The notes beneath the pieces are model-generated. The model did no database searches and was not told where the DNA came from. It saw only the letters and a program-made list of their open reading frames with translations. Both the position numbers and the translations under genes were made by a program. A DNA stretch of 63,853 nt, the filler included, from Octopus bimaculoides (lineage: Eukaryota), in assembly GCF_001194135.2 (NCBI RefSeq). It is 8 parts of 8 records of this genome, joined end to end, with 100 filler letters (N's around TTAATTAATTAA, not from the genome) between each part and the next. Parts side by side here need not be neighbours in the genome. Positions count along the whole stretch, not along the records: positions 8,761 to 23,909 come from NC_068981.1; positions 24,010 to 32,595 come from NC_068994.1; 6 more parts are not named here. One strand, given 5' to 3'. Below are positions 15,121-27,003 of this stretch, one piece after another (within the stretch, counting starts at the first letter, position 1; each line of letters begins with the position of its first letter).

Positions 15121-15230
15121 TTTTCATAAGGTCCGATTGTTGTTGTTGTTGTTGCTGCCTTTGTTTATCCTCAGTCCAGTCTTAAATGAAAATTCCTATG
15201 ATCGAAGGAGTTCTTTGCCCTGACTATTAC
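15121..15230 (+). repeat. Left arm of a perfect 110-bp inverted repeat
   Basis: Base-by-base reverse complement of 17464-17573, including the (GTT)5 tract. Confidence 0.95.
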
Positions 15231-16141
15231 TCTTCGGGGTCAAGCATGTCTCATGATGTAATTTTCTCACCAAAATATTCATTTCTCTTTGCTTGAAACA
15301 AAGCCAGGTTTTGCTACAGAAGCGTAATAGTTACTGATTGACACTAGTATACATTTGAGCTCTATTTTGTCAACAGTGGTCCATCAAAAAGCTTTACTGA
15401 ATAGTTTTTGGAAATATTAACATATGTATATGCACTAAATTCCAAACAGAAACGAAGGGAGAAAATGAAAACAAAGGACATTCAGTTTTCACTTAATGGC
15501 ATTAGCAGCATAAAGCTACCGAACCTGAGTCACTGATTAAACTTTTCTTTAGTAAAACTCTTCTTCATTTGAGACATGGATAAATAAAACTGAAATCTCG
15601 AACTGATCAAATATTTGATTATATAACCATTATATAGCTGCGTCCAGAAATACGTGCATTATAGCAGTACTACCTCGTTTTAGTTTAACACTTTTTAAAT
15701 AAAACATCTAGATACGGATCTTCAACTAAATTAGATGTCTGGTGAAATATCATATGGCCAACTCGGTGAGAAACTCCTTCTTACTAGTTCCGCTTATCAA
15801 AATATCTCCACATGATAGCTGACAGACCATGCACTTTGCTGCATTTCACTGACCCCTCACTGTGATTTACTGTACCTTGCTACTGCGTGATAATTAAGAA
15901 TCGAGCAGTTTCTTTAGAATCTAAATCGAAATCATCATTTCGACCTTTACTATCATCACCGAACTTTGCTATTATTATTTGTCTCTGTTGGAGACTCGTT
16001 GTTTTTAAAACCAACCAGTGTTCATGATATCACTTCGTCAATTGGATTTCTTTTTCTTCAGTTTTCAGAAATAATTAAAATATAAGATAAACTTGATTTT
16101 AATCCAACGTACACACGAACACTTCCATATGTGCTCGAAGA

Positions 16142-16195
<54 letters not shown>

Positions 16196-17463
16196 CGCAC
16201 GCACGCACGCACATAAGTGAACACACACAAATACACACACTCGCGAGCGCTTTAAAATACACATATGCGCACAAATATTTATTAATATCTTTTCAATATA
16301 TACCTTTATGTTATCACATTGCAGAGAAGTCAATACTTAATGGAGAACGTATTATACACACGCACGCACACACACATATACACGTCTGTGTGTAGATTTG
16401 TGTGTGTAGATTTTTGTGTGTGTGTGTGTGTGTGTGTGTCGTTCCGAGAACTCTATAAGATATGGCATAAGCACTCAGCACTGAGTGTAATGATTCTTAC
16501 AGAAGAAACAGCTGTGAGCTAATGAAGGTAAATCCTGTTCTTTTGTCAGTCGTACATCGATATTACATCTGTATTCTTCTGGTGCTTTACTCTGAAGCAT
16601 CTGGAAAATATTTTCTGCATTATAAGGTACATATCAAAACAAAAGACTGTAAATTTTTTGCTATTATCTATTCACTATTACACTTGTTTCATAATGCTAA
16701 TACGAGTTGTAAAAGCGTACATGTAGGAGAAACATTTATGTCTCCTACACGTACAATTTTTCAACTGCTATTAATAACTGGTGAATGCGTGAGCGCGTGT
16801 GATAGATGTTACGTTTAAGCCTCACTATTCTCTTCCTTACGCATCATAAATGGTCCTGTATACACGAAGTCCGTATCGTTGTTCGTATAATCTAAGAATC
16901 GGGGTACTAAGTTTATTATACAAACAAACACACGACTACAGGTTATAACGAAAGGAAATTTAGATTAGAGGATTTCCATTTCTTTACCATAGGTTTTGCA
17001 GGTTTATATTATAATGGCTAAGTAAAATATAAATATCAGAATCAAGATGGGGATTTAATTCGCAGAAAATTTACCTGTCCATCTGTTACAATAGTTGCGT
17101 TTCCAAAAAGGATGACGTTCTTGTCAAACTGACGTATAAACTAGTTCTATTTCTTTTGAACTGGTTTTATAGCTATTCTTTATGCATCGTTTTCAACAGA
17201 ACTAGTACTAAATAACACTAAACAAACTCTCTTGTATGAAAGATTGTATCTTGAAAGTTGTTACTTATGCCGGCTTTAGCTGACATTTGCCCTGTATGTA
17301 AAATCAGTCAACTCGCGCCTTTCATAAGAGATTTCTCCTCGACACGCTACAATTCTTTCTTAACGAACAAGCCAACGAGGGAGCCTGTGCGTGGTCATTT
17401 CAATCTCCCCCTAAAATTTAGAAACAAATTGTCCTCAAATAGCCCTCTACTTCTAAAAAGGAC

Positions 17464-17573
17464 GTAATAGTCAGGGCAAAGAACTCCTTCGATCATAGGA
17501 ATTTTCATTTAAGACTGGACTGAGGATAAACAAAGGCAGCAACAACAACAACAACAATCGGACCTTATGAAAA
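17464..17573 (-). repeat. Right arm of a perfect 110-bp inverted repeat
   Basis: Base-by-base reverse complement of 15121-15230. Confidence 0.95.
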
Positions 17574-18487
17574 ACACTAGGAATCCTACTCACTTACCAA
17601 TGTAACAGCATAAGAAATTAATGATGTATCATTTATAGCTCTTACAAAACAAATAGTTGGTATTTTTCTCTTCATTATACATACACACATGCATACATAC
17701 ATATACATACAACATACATACATACATACATACATACATACATACATACATACATAATATATACATACATTCATGCATACATACATATAATTTACTACAC
17801 ACACGGTGACGTCAAAGCGTTCATCCTATTACTTTGAATGTACCGAAAGCACTCTTTCACAATTGAAATAAAATTTATCACCTTCTTGATGGAAAGAAAA
17901 AAAAGAATAAAGAAAACGGATTAAATTTATTTGATATCCGGTTTTTGTTTTGGGATATTGTTATTGTTGCTGATATGATGATGGTGTGTGTTTTCGTTTT
18001 TTTAACGTAGTTAATAACTACCTATCTACCTGTTTTGTACGTTTGTGTACATACATAGATACATACATACATAGGTACATACATACATATATACATACAT
18101 ATTTATACGTGTATATATATATATATATACACACTTACACAGCTATGTATATATATGCATATATATATATATATATATATATATANNNNNNNNNNNNNNN
18201 NNNNNNNNNNNNNNNNNNNNNNNNNNNNNNNNNNNNNNNNNNNNNNNNNNNNNNNNNNNNNNNNNNNNNNNNNNNNNNNNNNNNNNNNNNNNNNNNNNNN
18301 NNNNNNNNNNNNNNNNNNNNNNNNNNNNNNNNNNNNNNNNNNNNNNNNNNNNNNNNNNNNNNNNNNNNNNNNNNNNNNNNNNNNNNNNNNNNNNNNNNNN
18401 NNNNNNNNNNNNNNNNNNNNNNNNNNNNNNNNNNNNNNNNNNNNNNNNNNNNNNNNNNNNNNNNNNNNNNNNNNNNNNNNNNATGTA

Positions 18488-18520
<33 letters not shown>

Positions 18521-19127
18521 GTGTATATATAAACATACAGACACACTACATTCGCACATAATGTTTACCACTCCTTTTAAATTAATTCTTATCATTCTCC
18601 ATTAATGATAATAACTAACCCGGTGGCTCCGACTGAGACTGTAATGATGTCAGTGGTGAAGAAACATGGTTAAGGTTTGTGGTTTGTGATGGGAGCTGAA
18701 GTGTTGATTGAATTAATTAATTCATCGTTTGCTTTGCTTCACTAGATATACTTATTAGTTTCTCGGTCAAATACCGAATTATACTTTAAGATTTACAGTT
18801 ACACTATTCTAAGTCATTCTATTTCCGTACGAAGTGTAATTAACTTGCCAATTTCGAATATTTCAAGTAATTTTTTACTGTTAAATGCCTCCAGTCGTTC
18901 TAATTCACGTGCGTGTCTATTCGCTGGAGTTCTTAGTAGTTACTTAAAAAATGTTTAAGTACAAATAAATTGTATATAATAACGTGTAAACCATTTCACC
19001 CAAAACAGCGCACTATTAACAAGGGAATATTTGAAAAGATCATCCTATCCCGCAATGTGTTTTATTGTTAGTAGAACTCAACAGGTGGGCTCAGGACTAC
19101 ATAATTTGCTGTAAGCATGCGGCTGAA

Positions 19128-19132
19128 TAATA

Positions 19133-19203
<71 letters not shown>

Positions 19204-19244
19204 GATGACGAAGGTGATGATGATGATGGTGGTGATTATGACAG

Positions 19245-19279
<35 letters not shown>

Positions 19280-19285
19280 GTGATG
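19128..19285. repeat. (AAT)n/(GAT)n microsatellite
   Basis: Directly visible. Confidence 0.95.
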
Positions 19286-20435
19286 GAAATAAATAACTGA
19301 ATAAACAAAGTTTTAGCTGTTTTCGATTTATTTCAGCATCAAGTGGATTTAAGAAGACTTACCTTTACTTCAATAGGTACTCAGCGGGATACATTACTGT
19401 AATCGAACGTAGAGAGAATTTCACTCATGAAATACCTGTTAAGGATTCTTGAATGAAGTCACCTTTTGAATAAGTACAAATAATAATAAAAGAAAGCAAC
19501 AACAAAAAGAAAATGAATATAAAGAAAACATATAACGTAACAGCTTCAGCAGTAGCAAAAGTAATAAACAATAACACCAAAAAGGAAAATGAAATAAAGA
19601 CAAGAAAAGAAAAAAGAAACTATTGCTATTTATTTCTTTATATATTTATTAATGTATTTGTAATGCACTCTTTTACTTCGATGAAGATAACACAGAACGT
19701 AACACCGTTTGTCCTGTGGCCCTCAGATCTAAAACATGAATTCAGTAGAAGTCTCTTTAATGTTTATTTTCGCTAATAATTTACCCTGTAATGATATTCA
19801 GAAAGTACAGTGGTAACTGGTATGAAAATATTCAGTTAAAAATACGAATGTCAATAAGGGTATAAACATTAGCTACAAGAAAGTGTCACTGACCGAGGTT
19901 AAAAACAATGATATTTTATTGAATATATATGTAATACGTATATATTATATTAATATAGAATGAAACGACAAACCGTGTGAAGTTTCATTTCTTAAAATAC
20001 GTGAATGTACAATTATCGAAAGCTATAATGAAAATAAATGTAAATCTTGCGTTTATAAGAAAGTTTTATTAAAATGTTTCCTAAATAGATAGTAAAATAA
20101 TAGTAGTAAACATCTGAATACATTTGATCTTTGAAACAGAATGCAATAAAACGTTACCCCGATGATTCATTGCAGTTAAGCATCCGAATGCATTCGAAAC
20201 ATTCAATGCTGAGTTCCAAATAATAGCATTGGGGAAACGTGCGTAGGAACTAAATATTTGTACTGGTTTTTTATCGTAATTTCCACGACTTATGATCTGT
20301 ATATCAATAACCAGTAACATTGCCCAGTACAGTGGTCAACTAACCACTACAATGGAAGCCGACTGAATAATCATAGTCTACGTGAAGCTTTAGCTCAGAC
20401 AGTTGTTGTTATACATCAAACTGTTGACACAAGAA

Positions 20436-20525
<90 letters not shown>

Positions 20526-21573
20526 NNNNNNNNNNNNNNNNNNNNNNNNNNNNNNNNNNNNNNNNNNNNNNNNNNNNNNNNNNNNNNNNNNNNNNNNNNN
20601 NNNNNNNNNNNNNNNNNNNNNNNNNNNNNNNNNNNNNNNNNNNNNNNNNNNNNNNNNNNNNNNNNNNNNNNNNNNNNNNNNNNNNNNNNNNNNNNNNNNN
20701 NNNNNNNNNNNNNNNNNNNNNNNNNNNNNNNNNNNNNNNNNNNNNNNNNNNNNNNNNNNNNNNNNNNNNNNNNNNNNNNNNNNNNNNNNNNNNNNNNNNN
20801 NNNNNNNNNNNNNNNNNNNNNNNNNNNNNNNNNNNNNNNNNNNNNNNNNNNNNNNNNNNNNNNNNNNNNNNNNNNNNNNNNNNNNNNNNNNNNNNNNNNN
20901 NNNNNNNNNNNNNNNNNNNNNNNNNNNNNNNNNNNNNNNNNNNNNNNNNNNNNNNNNNNNNNTATATATATAACAAGTAAAAGAAGAAAACTTCGTGGAT
21001 ATTCATATTGTAATATGGAACGCTTGATAGTACTGAAGCTATACTTCCTTATTATACATTGTGTTTGCCAGTATTCACACAGATTGACAAATCCAAACAT
21101 ACAAAAATACATACATATGCATGTGTGTATTTTTCTAATACATTACATCAGACATGATGATGACTAAGGCATATATCTTGTTAATTGTTGGAATTAGTTT
21201 CAAATAAAAAGACAAACCAAATGAAATTTAAATTCTTAAAACACAGTGAATATTCAATTATAGCACCCCCCCCCCAAAAAAAAACAGGCACCCGGAGCAG
21301 ACGATTTTCGTCTGTCAACGATATAAATATGAGTACTTTTATGCGCCTTGAGTCCATGGTAAACAAGATCTTCTGAAGGTAAATAACACAGTATTCTGTG
21401 TTCTAACACAACATTCACGTTAGGTTGGATATAAAGATTGCCTTTTCTTATTCATACTGCTTCGGTGGCTATTACATATATATTTAGATTGACGTTGCAA
21501 TACTAAACATATATATGCATACATACAAATGGATTGATGTTGCTATACTAAACATATATATTGATTTCGAATT

Positions 21574-21787
21574 GATTTCAAATTTTGGTATTAGGCCAGC
21601 AATTTGGGGGGAAAAGTCAAGTCGATTACATTGGTCCAAGTGCTTAACAGGTACTTATTTTATTGACTCTGAAATGTTCAAAGGCAAAGTCGACGTCGGT
21701 GCAATTTGAACTCAGAATGTAAAGACGGACGAAATGCTGCCTAGCATTTTGTCCGGCATGCGAAAGAATCTGCTAGCTCACAGTCTT
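21574..21787 (-). mobile_element. SINE family A
   Basis: GGTACTTATTTTATTGAC...AAAGGCAAAGTCGAC...TTTGAACTCAGAA...GACGGACGAAATG matches the reverse complement of 62220-62637. Confidence 0.85.
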
Positions 21788-21987
21788 ATAGTGAACATAT
21801 ATCTTAAAATAATATAGAAGCTATAATATACCTGAAATACAATGTAAGGGGAAAACACATGTACATACACACCACACATTAATAGAGAGAGAGGGAGAGA
21901 AAGAGGGAGAGAAATAAATGGATAGATAGACAGTCGTACAGAAATATAGATAAATATGATAGACATAAACAGTCACATAGACGGACG

Positions 21988-22059
<72 letters not shown>

Positions 22060-22099
22060 CATAGACTGATATATAGACAGGTTATTGAGTTGGAACTGC

Positions 22100-22245
22100 G
22101 AACTGTCAAGTATTTCCTAGTACATAATGTATATGTATATATATATATATATACATTATACGCACACACAAACACACTCATATATACATATATATATTCA
22201 CACATATACAAGTACATATATCCATATGCATGCATACACACACAC
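22100..22245 (+). repeat. Segment duplicated in split form at 22849-22912 and 23486-23592 (empty version of an insertion site)
   Basis: Near-exact identity of both flanks, including the same (TA)9 count. Confidence 0.9.
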
Positions 22246-22912
22246 NNNNNNNNNNNNNNNNNNNNNNNNNNNNNNNNNNNNNNNNNNNNNNNNNNNNNNN
22301 NNNNNNNNNNNNNNNNNNNNNNNNNNNNNNNNNNNNNNNNNNNNNNNNNNNNNNNNNNNNNNNNNNNNNNNNNNNNNNNNNNNNNNNNNNNNNNNNNNNN
22401 NNNNNNNNNNNNNNNNNNNNNNNNNNNNNNNNNNNNNNNNNNNNNNNNNNNNNNNNNNNNNNNNNNNNNNNNNNNNNNNNNNNNNNNNNNNNNNNNNNNN
22501 NNNNNNNNNNNNNNNNNNNNNNNNNNNNNNNNNNNNNNNNNNNNNNNNNNNNNNNNNNNNNNNNNNNNNNNNNNNNNNNNNNNNNNNNNNNNNNNNNNNN
22601 NNNNNNNNNNNNNNNNNNNNNNNNNNNNNNNNNNNNNNNNNNNNNNNNNNNNNNNNNNNNNNNNNNNNNNNNNNNNNNNNNNNNNNNNNNNNNNNNNNNN
22701 NNNNNNNNNNNNNNNNNNNNNNNNNNNNNNNNNNNNNNNNNNNNNNNNNNNNNNNNNNNNNNNNNNNNNNNNNNNNNNNNNNNNNNNNNNNNNNNNNNNN
22801 NNNNNNNNNNNNNNNNNNNNNNNNNNNNNNNNNNNNNNNNNNNNNNNNGAACTGTCAAGTATTTCCTAGTACATAATGTATATGTATATATATATATATA
22901 TACGTATACGCA

Positions 22913-23433
22913 GTTATATTTATATGTGAGCCCCGCGTCTGAAAGGTCTAGAGACAAATACTTTCCTCTCTGGTCAATCTCTCATCAACTTCTTCAAGTA
23001 TCACTTGAAGAGGAACGTGACAGTAGAGAGGGAAGTTTTGTCTAGTGAATGTTTCAAAAAAAGATGGGTGAATGTAGCAAGGATGGCACGTGTGAATGAC
23101 GGAGCCAGCTTGGGCATAATCTTATGAACCAAAAAGAAGAAAAGAAAAATGAGAATCCCTTACTGTAATGTGTTTTTTTTTACATGACATTATTGCCCAA
23201 GGTTACGTGGACTTTTCCGTAGGCTCTCCTTTCGACGGACAAACTTAATCTGTTTTCCCTCTTTACACTGACATTTCTGTAATACACGATCCCTATTGGT
23301 CGCTTGTTTTTTCTTTTCCACGATCCCTTTTGATCGAAATTCGACCCGCTTTTTTTTTCTCTTCTTCTTCCGAAAAAGAAAAACTCTACTTTGTATTTTG
23401 TTCCCTCTGTGTTCAGCCGTGTGTGGCCAATAA

Positions 23434-23475
<42 letters not shown>
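22913..23475 (+). mobile_element. 5'-truncated Tx1/L1-like LINE: ORF2 C-terminus, 3' UTR, AATAAA and (TCTA)n tail
   Basis: 22936-23127 translates to RLKGLETNTFLSGQSLINFFKYHLKRNVTVEREVLSSECFKKRWVNVARMARVNDGASLGIIL*, resembling Tx1-clade ORF2 ends (recalled similarity). Ends CCAATAAA(TCTA)n and is flanked by an imperfect duplication ending in TATACGCA. Confidence 0.65.
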
Positions 23476-23699
23476 NNNNNNNNNNATATATATATATATA
23501 CATTATACGCACACACAAACACACTCATATATACATATATATATTCACACATATACAAGTACATATATCCATATGCATGCATACACACACACATATATAT
23601 GCATGTATATTCATATACATATGTGTGTGAGTGTGTGTGTGTATCTGTGTGTGTGTATCTGTGTGTGTGTCTGTGTGTGTGTTTGTGTTTGTGTACTCA

Positions 23700-23860
23700 T
23701 AAGTAGATATGTTCATGTATATTTTCTGACGAAGAGCTTTGCTCGAAACGTAAAAATTACCTTCCTTTCCTTCCCTGAGCGTCTGCTAATACTTCGCATG
23801 TACCACGTTCTCGCGTTGTTGTTTTTCTCTCGTGTTTGTTCTTCGTTTTTCTTTTAGATT
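23700..23860 (+). mobile_element. Penelope-like terminal repeat remnant ending at (TA)n
   Basis: Contains the hammerhead motif; downstream sequence (CCTGAGCG...CTAATAC...TTGTT) resembles 28520-28640 and 63700-63842. Confidence 0.55.
23717..23760 (+). ncRNA. Minimal type I hammerhead ribozyme motif (Penelope type)
   Basis: CTGACGA 23726-32; extra A; helix II GAGC-TTT-GCTC; GAA-ACGT-A with a palindromic ACGT; helix I GTA(T)ATTTT/AAAATTAC. Confidence 0.65.
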
Positions 23861-23863
23861 TAT

Positions 23864-23909
<46 letters not shown>

Positions 23910-24009
23910 NNNNNNNNNNNNNNNNNNNNNNNNNNNNNNNNNNNNNNNNNNNNTTAATTAATTAANNNNNNNNNNNNNNNNNNNNNNNNNNNNNNNNNNN
24001 NNNNNNNNN

Positions 24010-24162
24010 CATTCAGTTTCTGTCTACCAAATCCACTTCCAAGGATTTTGGTCGGCCCGAGACTATAGTAAAAGACACTTGCTTAAAGTCTCACGCCATG
24101 GGACTGAACTCGGAACCATATGATCGAAAGCAAACTTCTTACCACAGAGCCGCACCTGCCCC
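24010..24162 (-). mobile_element. SINE family B 5' half
   Basis: CAGTTTCTGTCTACCAAATCCAC...GGTCGGCCCGAGACTATAGTAAAAGACACTTGC...GGGACTGAAC matches the reverse complement of 58349-58510. Confidence 0.85.
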
Positions 24163-24185
24163 TAAAAACACATACACACACTAGC

Positions 24186-24484
24186 ACGTCAACGGTTACA
24201 ACGACGCAGGTTTCAGGTAACCCGAAGGGCGGAACAGTCAGCACATGAAATTAACGTGCAAGTGGCTGAGCACTCCACAGACACGAGTACCTTTAATGTT
24301 TTTTTGAAGGAGATTCAGTGTGACACAGAATATGTCAAGGCTGGTCCCTTGAAATACAGGAACTCCCCAGTTTTACCAGCTGAGTGGATTAGAGTAATGT
24401 GTAGTTAAATGCCTTGCTCAAAGACACAACACGCTGCCGGATTTCGAACTCATGACCTTACGATCAGGAGCCAAATACCCTATG
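24186..24484 (-). mobile_element. SINE family C, near full length
   Basis: Colinear with 6662-6925; tail shared with 49091-49270. Confidence 0.85.
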
Positions 24485-24577
24485 CATGCGAACAGACATA
24501 TTTGTATGCACGTGTGTCTATTTCTATAGATGTATGTCTATCTGTGTATGTGTATATGTATGTGTGTGTATGTACGT

Positions 24578-24612
<35 letters not shown>

Positions 24613-25344
24613 NNNNNNNNNNNNNNNNNNNNNNNNNNNNNNNNNNNNNNNNNNNNNNNNNNNNNNNNNNNNNNNNNNNNNNNNNNNNNNNNNNNNNNNN
24701 NNNNNNNNNNNNNNNNNNNNNNNNNNNNNNNNNNNNNNNNNNNNNNNNNNNNNNNNNNNNNNNNNNNNNNNNNNNNNNNNNNNNNNNNNNNNNNNNNNNN
24801 NNNNNNNNNNNNNNNNNNNNNNNNNNNNNNNNNNNNNNNNNNNNNNNNNNNNNNNNNNNNNNNNNNNNNNNNNNNNNNNNNNNNNNNNNNNNNNNNNNNN
24901 NNNNNNNNNNNNNNNNNNNNNNNNNNNNNNNNNNNNNNNNNNNNNNNNNNNNNNNNNNNNNNNNNNNNNNNNNNNNNNNNNNNNNNNNNNNNNNNNNNNN
25001 NNNNNNNNNNNNNNNNNNNNNNNNNNNNNNNNNNNNNNNNNNNNNNNNNNNNNNNNNNNNNNNNNNNNNNNNNNNNNNNNNNNNNNNNNNNNNNNNNNNN
25101 NNNNNNNNNNNNNNNNNNNNNNNNNNNNNNNNNNNNNNNNNNNNNNNNNNNNNNNNNNNNNNNNNNNNNNNNNNNNNNNNNNNNNNNNNNNNNNNNNNNN
25201 NNNNNNNNNNNNNNNNNNNNNNNNNNNNNNNNNNNNNNNNNNNNNNNNNNNNNNNNNNNNNNNNNNNNNNNNNNNNNNNNNNNNNNNNNNNNNNNNNNNN
25301 NNNNNNNNNNNNNNNNNNNNNNNNNNNNNNNNNNNNNNNNNNNN

Positions 25345-25393
<49 letters not shown>

Positions 25394-26003
25394 GTAGACG
25401 AACATATACATGTATCCATATGGATACGTTGTGTGCATGTGGTTTAACTCTGTATATGTAATCATGAAGATATTTGCGTACATAATAATACATATCTACA
25501 TAGTAACATATCTACGTTTGTGTTTATGTATGTACACACACATCCACACACAGGCACACATGCATACTTTCTTTTTCTTTCTGAGTGGAATTTCAATGTG
25601 TATTTTGATCTCCTACTTGCTTGGTAGAAAAGTTACAAAGAAAAGATAATTTATGTAAAAGCTCTCTTCATTTGGCCGTCCCATTATGCAACCCTTTAAA
25701 TTTAAATGTGAATCATTATCACCAATAGATATAGCAATCATATTTGTATAGTATGAATAACGACCCTACATTCTTTCTCTAAGTCTTTAAGTTCCGCCAT
25801 ACTTTGATCCTGGAAATTTGATAAATACCCTGTTGCTTCAATGAATATAGGAATGTCACTTTTAAAGTACAGTCATGCATACAGGATTTATAAAACTCTT
25901 TATAACTGGTCCATAAATGGCTTCTTTGTATTTTTCTACGACATGAAACGATCAGCAGACTTCCTTCATAAAGACTGATTGTGTTTTTATTGTCCAAACT
26001 AAA

Positions 26004-26198
26004 AAGGCGAGTTAACAAAATCGCTAGCTCGACGGACAAAAAATGCTTAGCGGCATTTTAAGTTCAATTCCCGCTGGAGTCAACTTTGCCTTGCATTCTT
26101 TTCGGGGTCCCAGAAATATGTATTAGTTGAGTACCAGAGTCGATGTAGTCGACTAATCTTCTCTCCTGAATTATCAGGCCTCGAGTCTATAGCAGAAT
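26004..26198 (+). mobile_element. SINE family A
   Basis: AAGGCGAGTTAACAAAATCG...AAATGCTTAGCGGCATTT...AGTTCAATTCC...CTTTGCCTT...TTTCGGGGTC. Confidence 0.75.
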
Positions 26199-26702
26199 AT
26201 ATATANNNNNNNNNNNNNNNNNNNNNNNNNNNNNNNNNNNNNNNNNNNNNNNNNNNNNNNNNNNNNNNNNNNNNNNNNNNNNNNNNNNNNNNNNNNNNNN
26301 NNNNNNNNNNNNNNNNNNNNNNNNNNNNNNNNNNNNNNNNNNNNNNNNNNNNNNNNNNNNNNNNNNNNNNNNNNNNNNNNNNNNNNNNNNNNNNNNNNNN
26401 NNNNNNNNNNNNNNNNNNNNNNNNNNNNNNNNNNNNNNNNNNNNNNNNNNNNNNNNNNNNNNNNNNNNNNNNNNNNNNNNNNNNNNNNNNNNNNNNNNNN
26501 NNNNNNNNNNNNNNNNNNNNNNNNNNNNNNNNNNNNNNNNNNNNNNNNNNNNNNNNNNNNNNNNNNNNNNNNNNNNNNNNNNNNNNNNNNNNNNNNNNNN
26601 NNNNNNNNNNNNNNNNNNNNNNNNNNNNNNNNNNNNNNNNNNNNNNNNNNNNNNNNNNNNNNNNNNNNNNNNNNNNNNNNNNNNNNNNNNNNNNNNNNNN
26701 NN

Positions 26703-26768
26703 GTAAGCCTAGTACTTATTCTATCGGTTCAAACTCACAACCTCACGATCGTGAGCTACGTGTCTTCA

Positions 26769-26849
<81 letters not shown>

Positions 26850-27003
26850 CATAAATACATGCATAGGAAGGGCTTCCATACAGTTTCTGTCGACTGAATT
26901 CACGCACAAGGCATTGGTCGGACCGGGACTATAGTAGAGGACACTTGCCTGAACATGAAACCACATGGTTGCAAAGCGAGCTCATTAATCACAGTGACAT
27001 ATC
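26703..27003 (-). mobile_element. Rearranged SINE family B with internal (TATC)n and a family C head fragment
   Basis: GTAAGCCTAGTACTTATTCTATCGG (B tail) joined to CAAACTCACAACCTCACGATCGTGAGC (C head), then (TATC)n, then B 5' half 26867-27003. Confidence 0.65.

Noticed and set aside
15700-16030. Minus-strand frame with a WRYFDK (BED-finger-like) stretch inside the inverted-repeat interval
   Set aside because: Several stops and no Cys/His pattern; too weak to call a transposase for the 110-bp arms.
17076-17129. Candidate 54-nt minus-strand micro-exon FDKNVILFGNATIVTDGQ ending at CAG/GTAAAT
   Set aside because: Weak acceptor and no homology that I recognise; needs RNA-seq junction reads.
19357-19435. 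Perfect minus-strand donor AAG/GTAAGT with upstream acceptors
   Set aside because: All three frames contain stops; at most a non-coding exon, unsupported.
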